64,000 nucleotides of DNA, from NCBI RefSeq assembly GCF_006345805.1, contig NC_043002.1, forward strand, positions 90,210,001 through 90,274,000. Reading direction: 5' to 3'. This DNA comes from Octopus sinensis. Taxonomy: Eukaryota. Shown piece after piece: positions 63,350 to 64,000 of this stretch (position 1 is the stretch's first letter; the number at the start of each line of letters is the position of its first letter). The notes under the pieces are model-generated. The model was not told the DNA's origin, made no database searches, and was given only the letters and a program-made list of their open reading frames with translations. Position numbers and translations under genes: made by a program.

Positions 63350-63720
63350 CTAGCAGTATCACCCGGCGTTGCTCAGGTTTGTAAGGGAAATAACTATAAA
63401 GCATTTTTAGAGAGTTATAGCCCAAAAAATGTAAAAAATGATGGTAAATTTTTTTTTAGTTAAAAAAGGTGGAGTTGCGTCCCCTAGACAGTTTGTGGTT
63501 CGTGTTTCTGATTGTCGACCCCATGTCGAATTTATCGATTTTTTTCAGAACTGGGGGAACTTTTCAAAATTTTCGCTGCGTTAGTTTTGAATTATGACAT
63601 TGGGCTATGTGTGTGTCAAGTTTCATCAGAATCGGTTGAAAGCTGTGGTCAGGGTGAGGGTACAAGCAAACAGACACACAGAAACACGCACAGACAAACT
63701 GCCGTTTATATAGAGAGAGA
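63350..63720 (-). mobile_element. Non-autonomous Helitron-like element, different 5' half
   Basis: Reverse complement ends in the same hairpin plus CTAG|T as 5990-6384 and starts with TC, but its 5' region is unrelated to the other two copies. Confidence 0.72.
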
Positions 63721-63789
63721 TACCATTATTATTATTTACAGGATTGTAAAATACGGTGCTGTATAACAAAACCATTCACACTGAAAGCA

Positions 63790-63860
<71 letters not shown>

Positions 63861-63883
63861 TTATATATATATATACAGATATT

Positions 63884-63954
<71 letters not shown>

Positions 63955-64000
63955 ATAATCTGATTTGAAACCTTGGGTACCTGTCAGAACTTAGTGTTGC

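Overview
AT-rich, repeat-dense eukaryotic genomic DNA. The repeat complement (several tRNA-headed SINE families, RTE-type tails, CR1-group LINE, Tigger remnant, abundant microsatellites) is most consistent with a coleoid cephalopod, probably Octopus (inference from recalled repeat families). Almost all ORFs in the supplied track are microsatellite or transposon artefacts. Scanning the minus strand by hand gave about 30 short candidate exons (11-162 nt) with AG/GT(GC) boundaries. They form long runs of mutually compatible intron phases from ~59960 down to ~350, which suggests one (possibly two tandem) micro-exon-rich protein-coding gene(s) spanning the window. I could not identify the protein, and the model is unconfirmed and has unresolved gaps. 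The introns contain: a nested Tigger/HERO stack; RTE, CR1 and probable Dong/R4 fragments; non-autonomous Helitrons; piggyBac-like and other MITEs; a ~3.4 kb 28-bp minisatellite with higher-order structure; several long fold-back sequences; and a ~1.5 kb decayed protein-like block of unknown origin. No CRISPR array, rRNA or bona fide tRNA gene was seen. Repeat boundaries are approximate.
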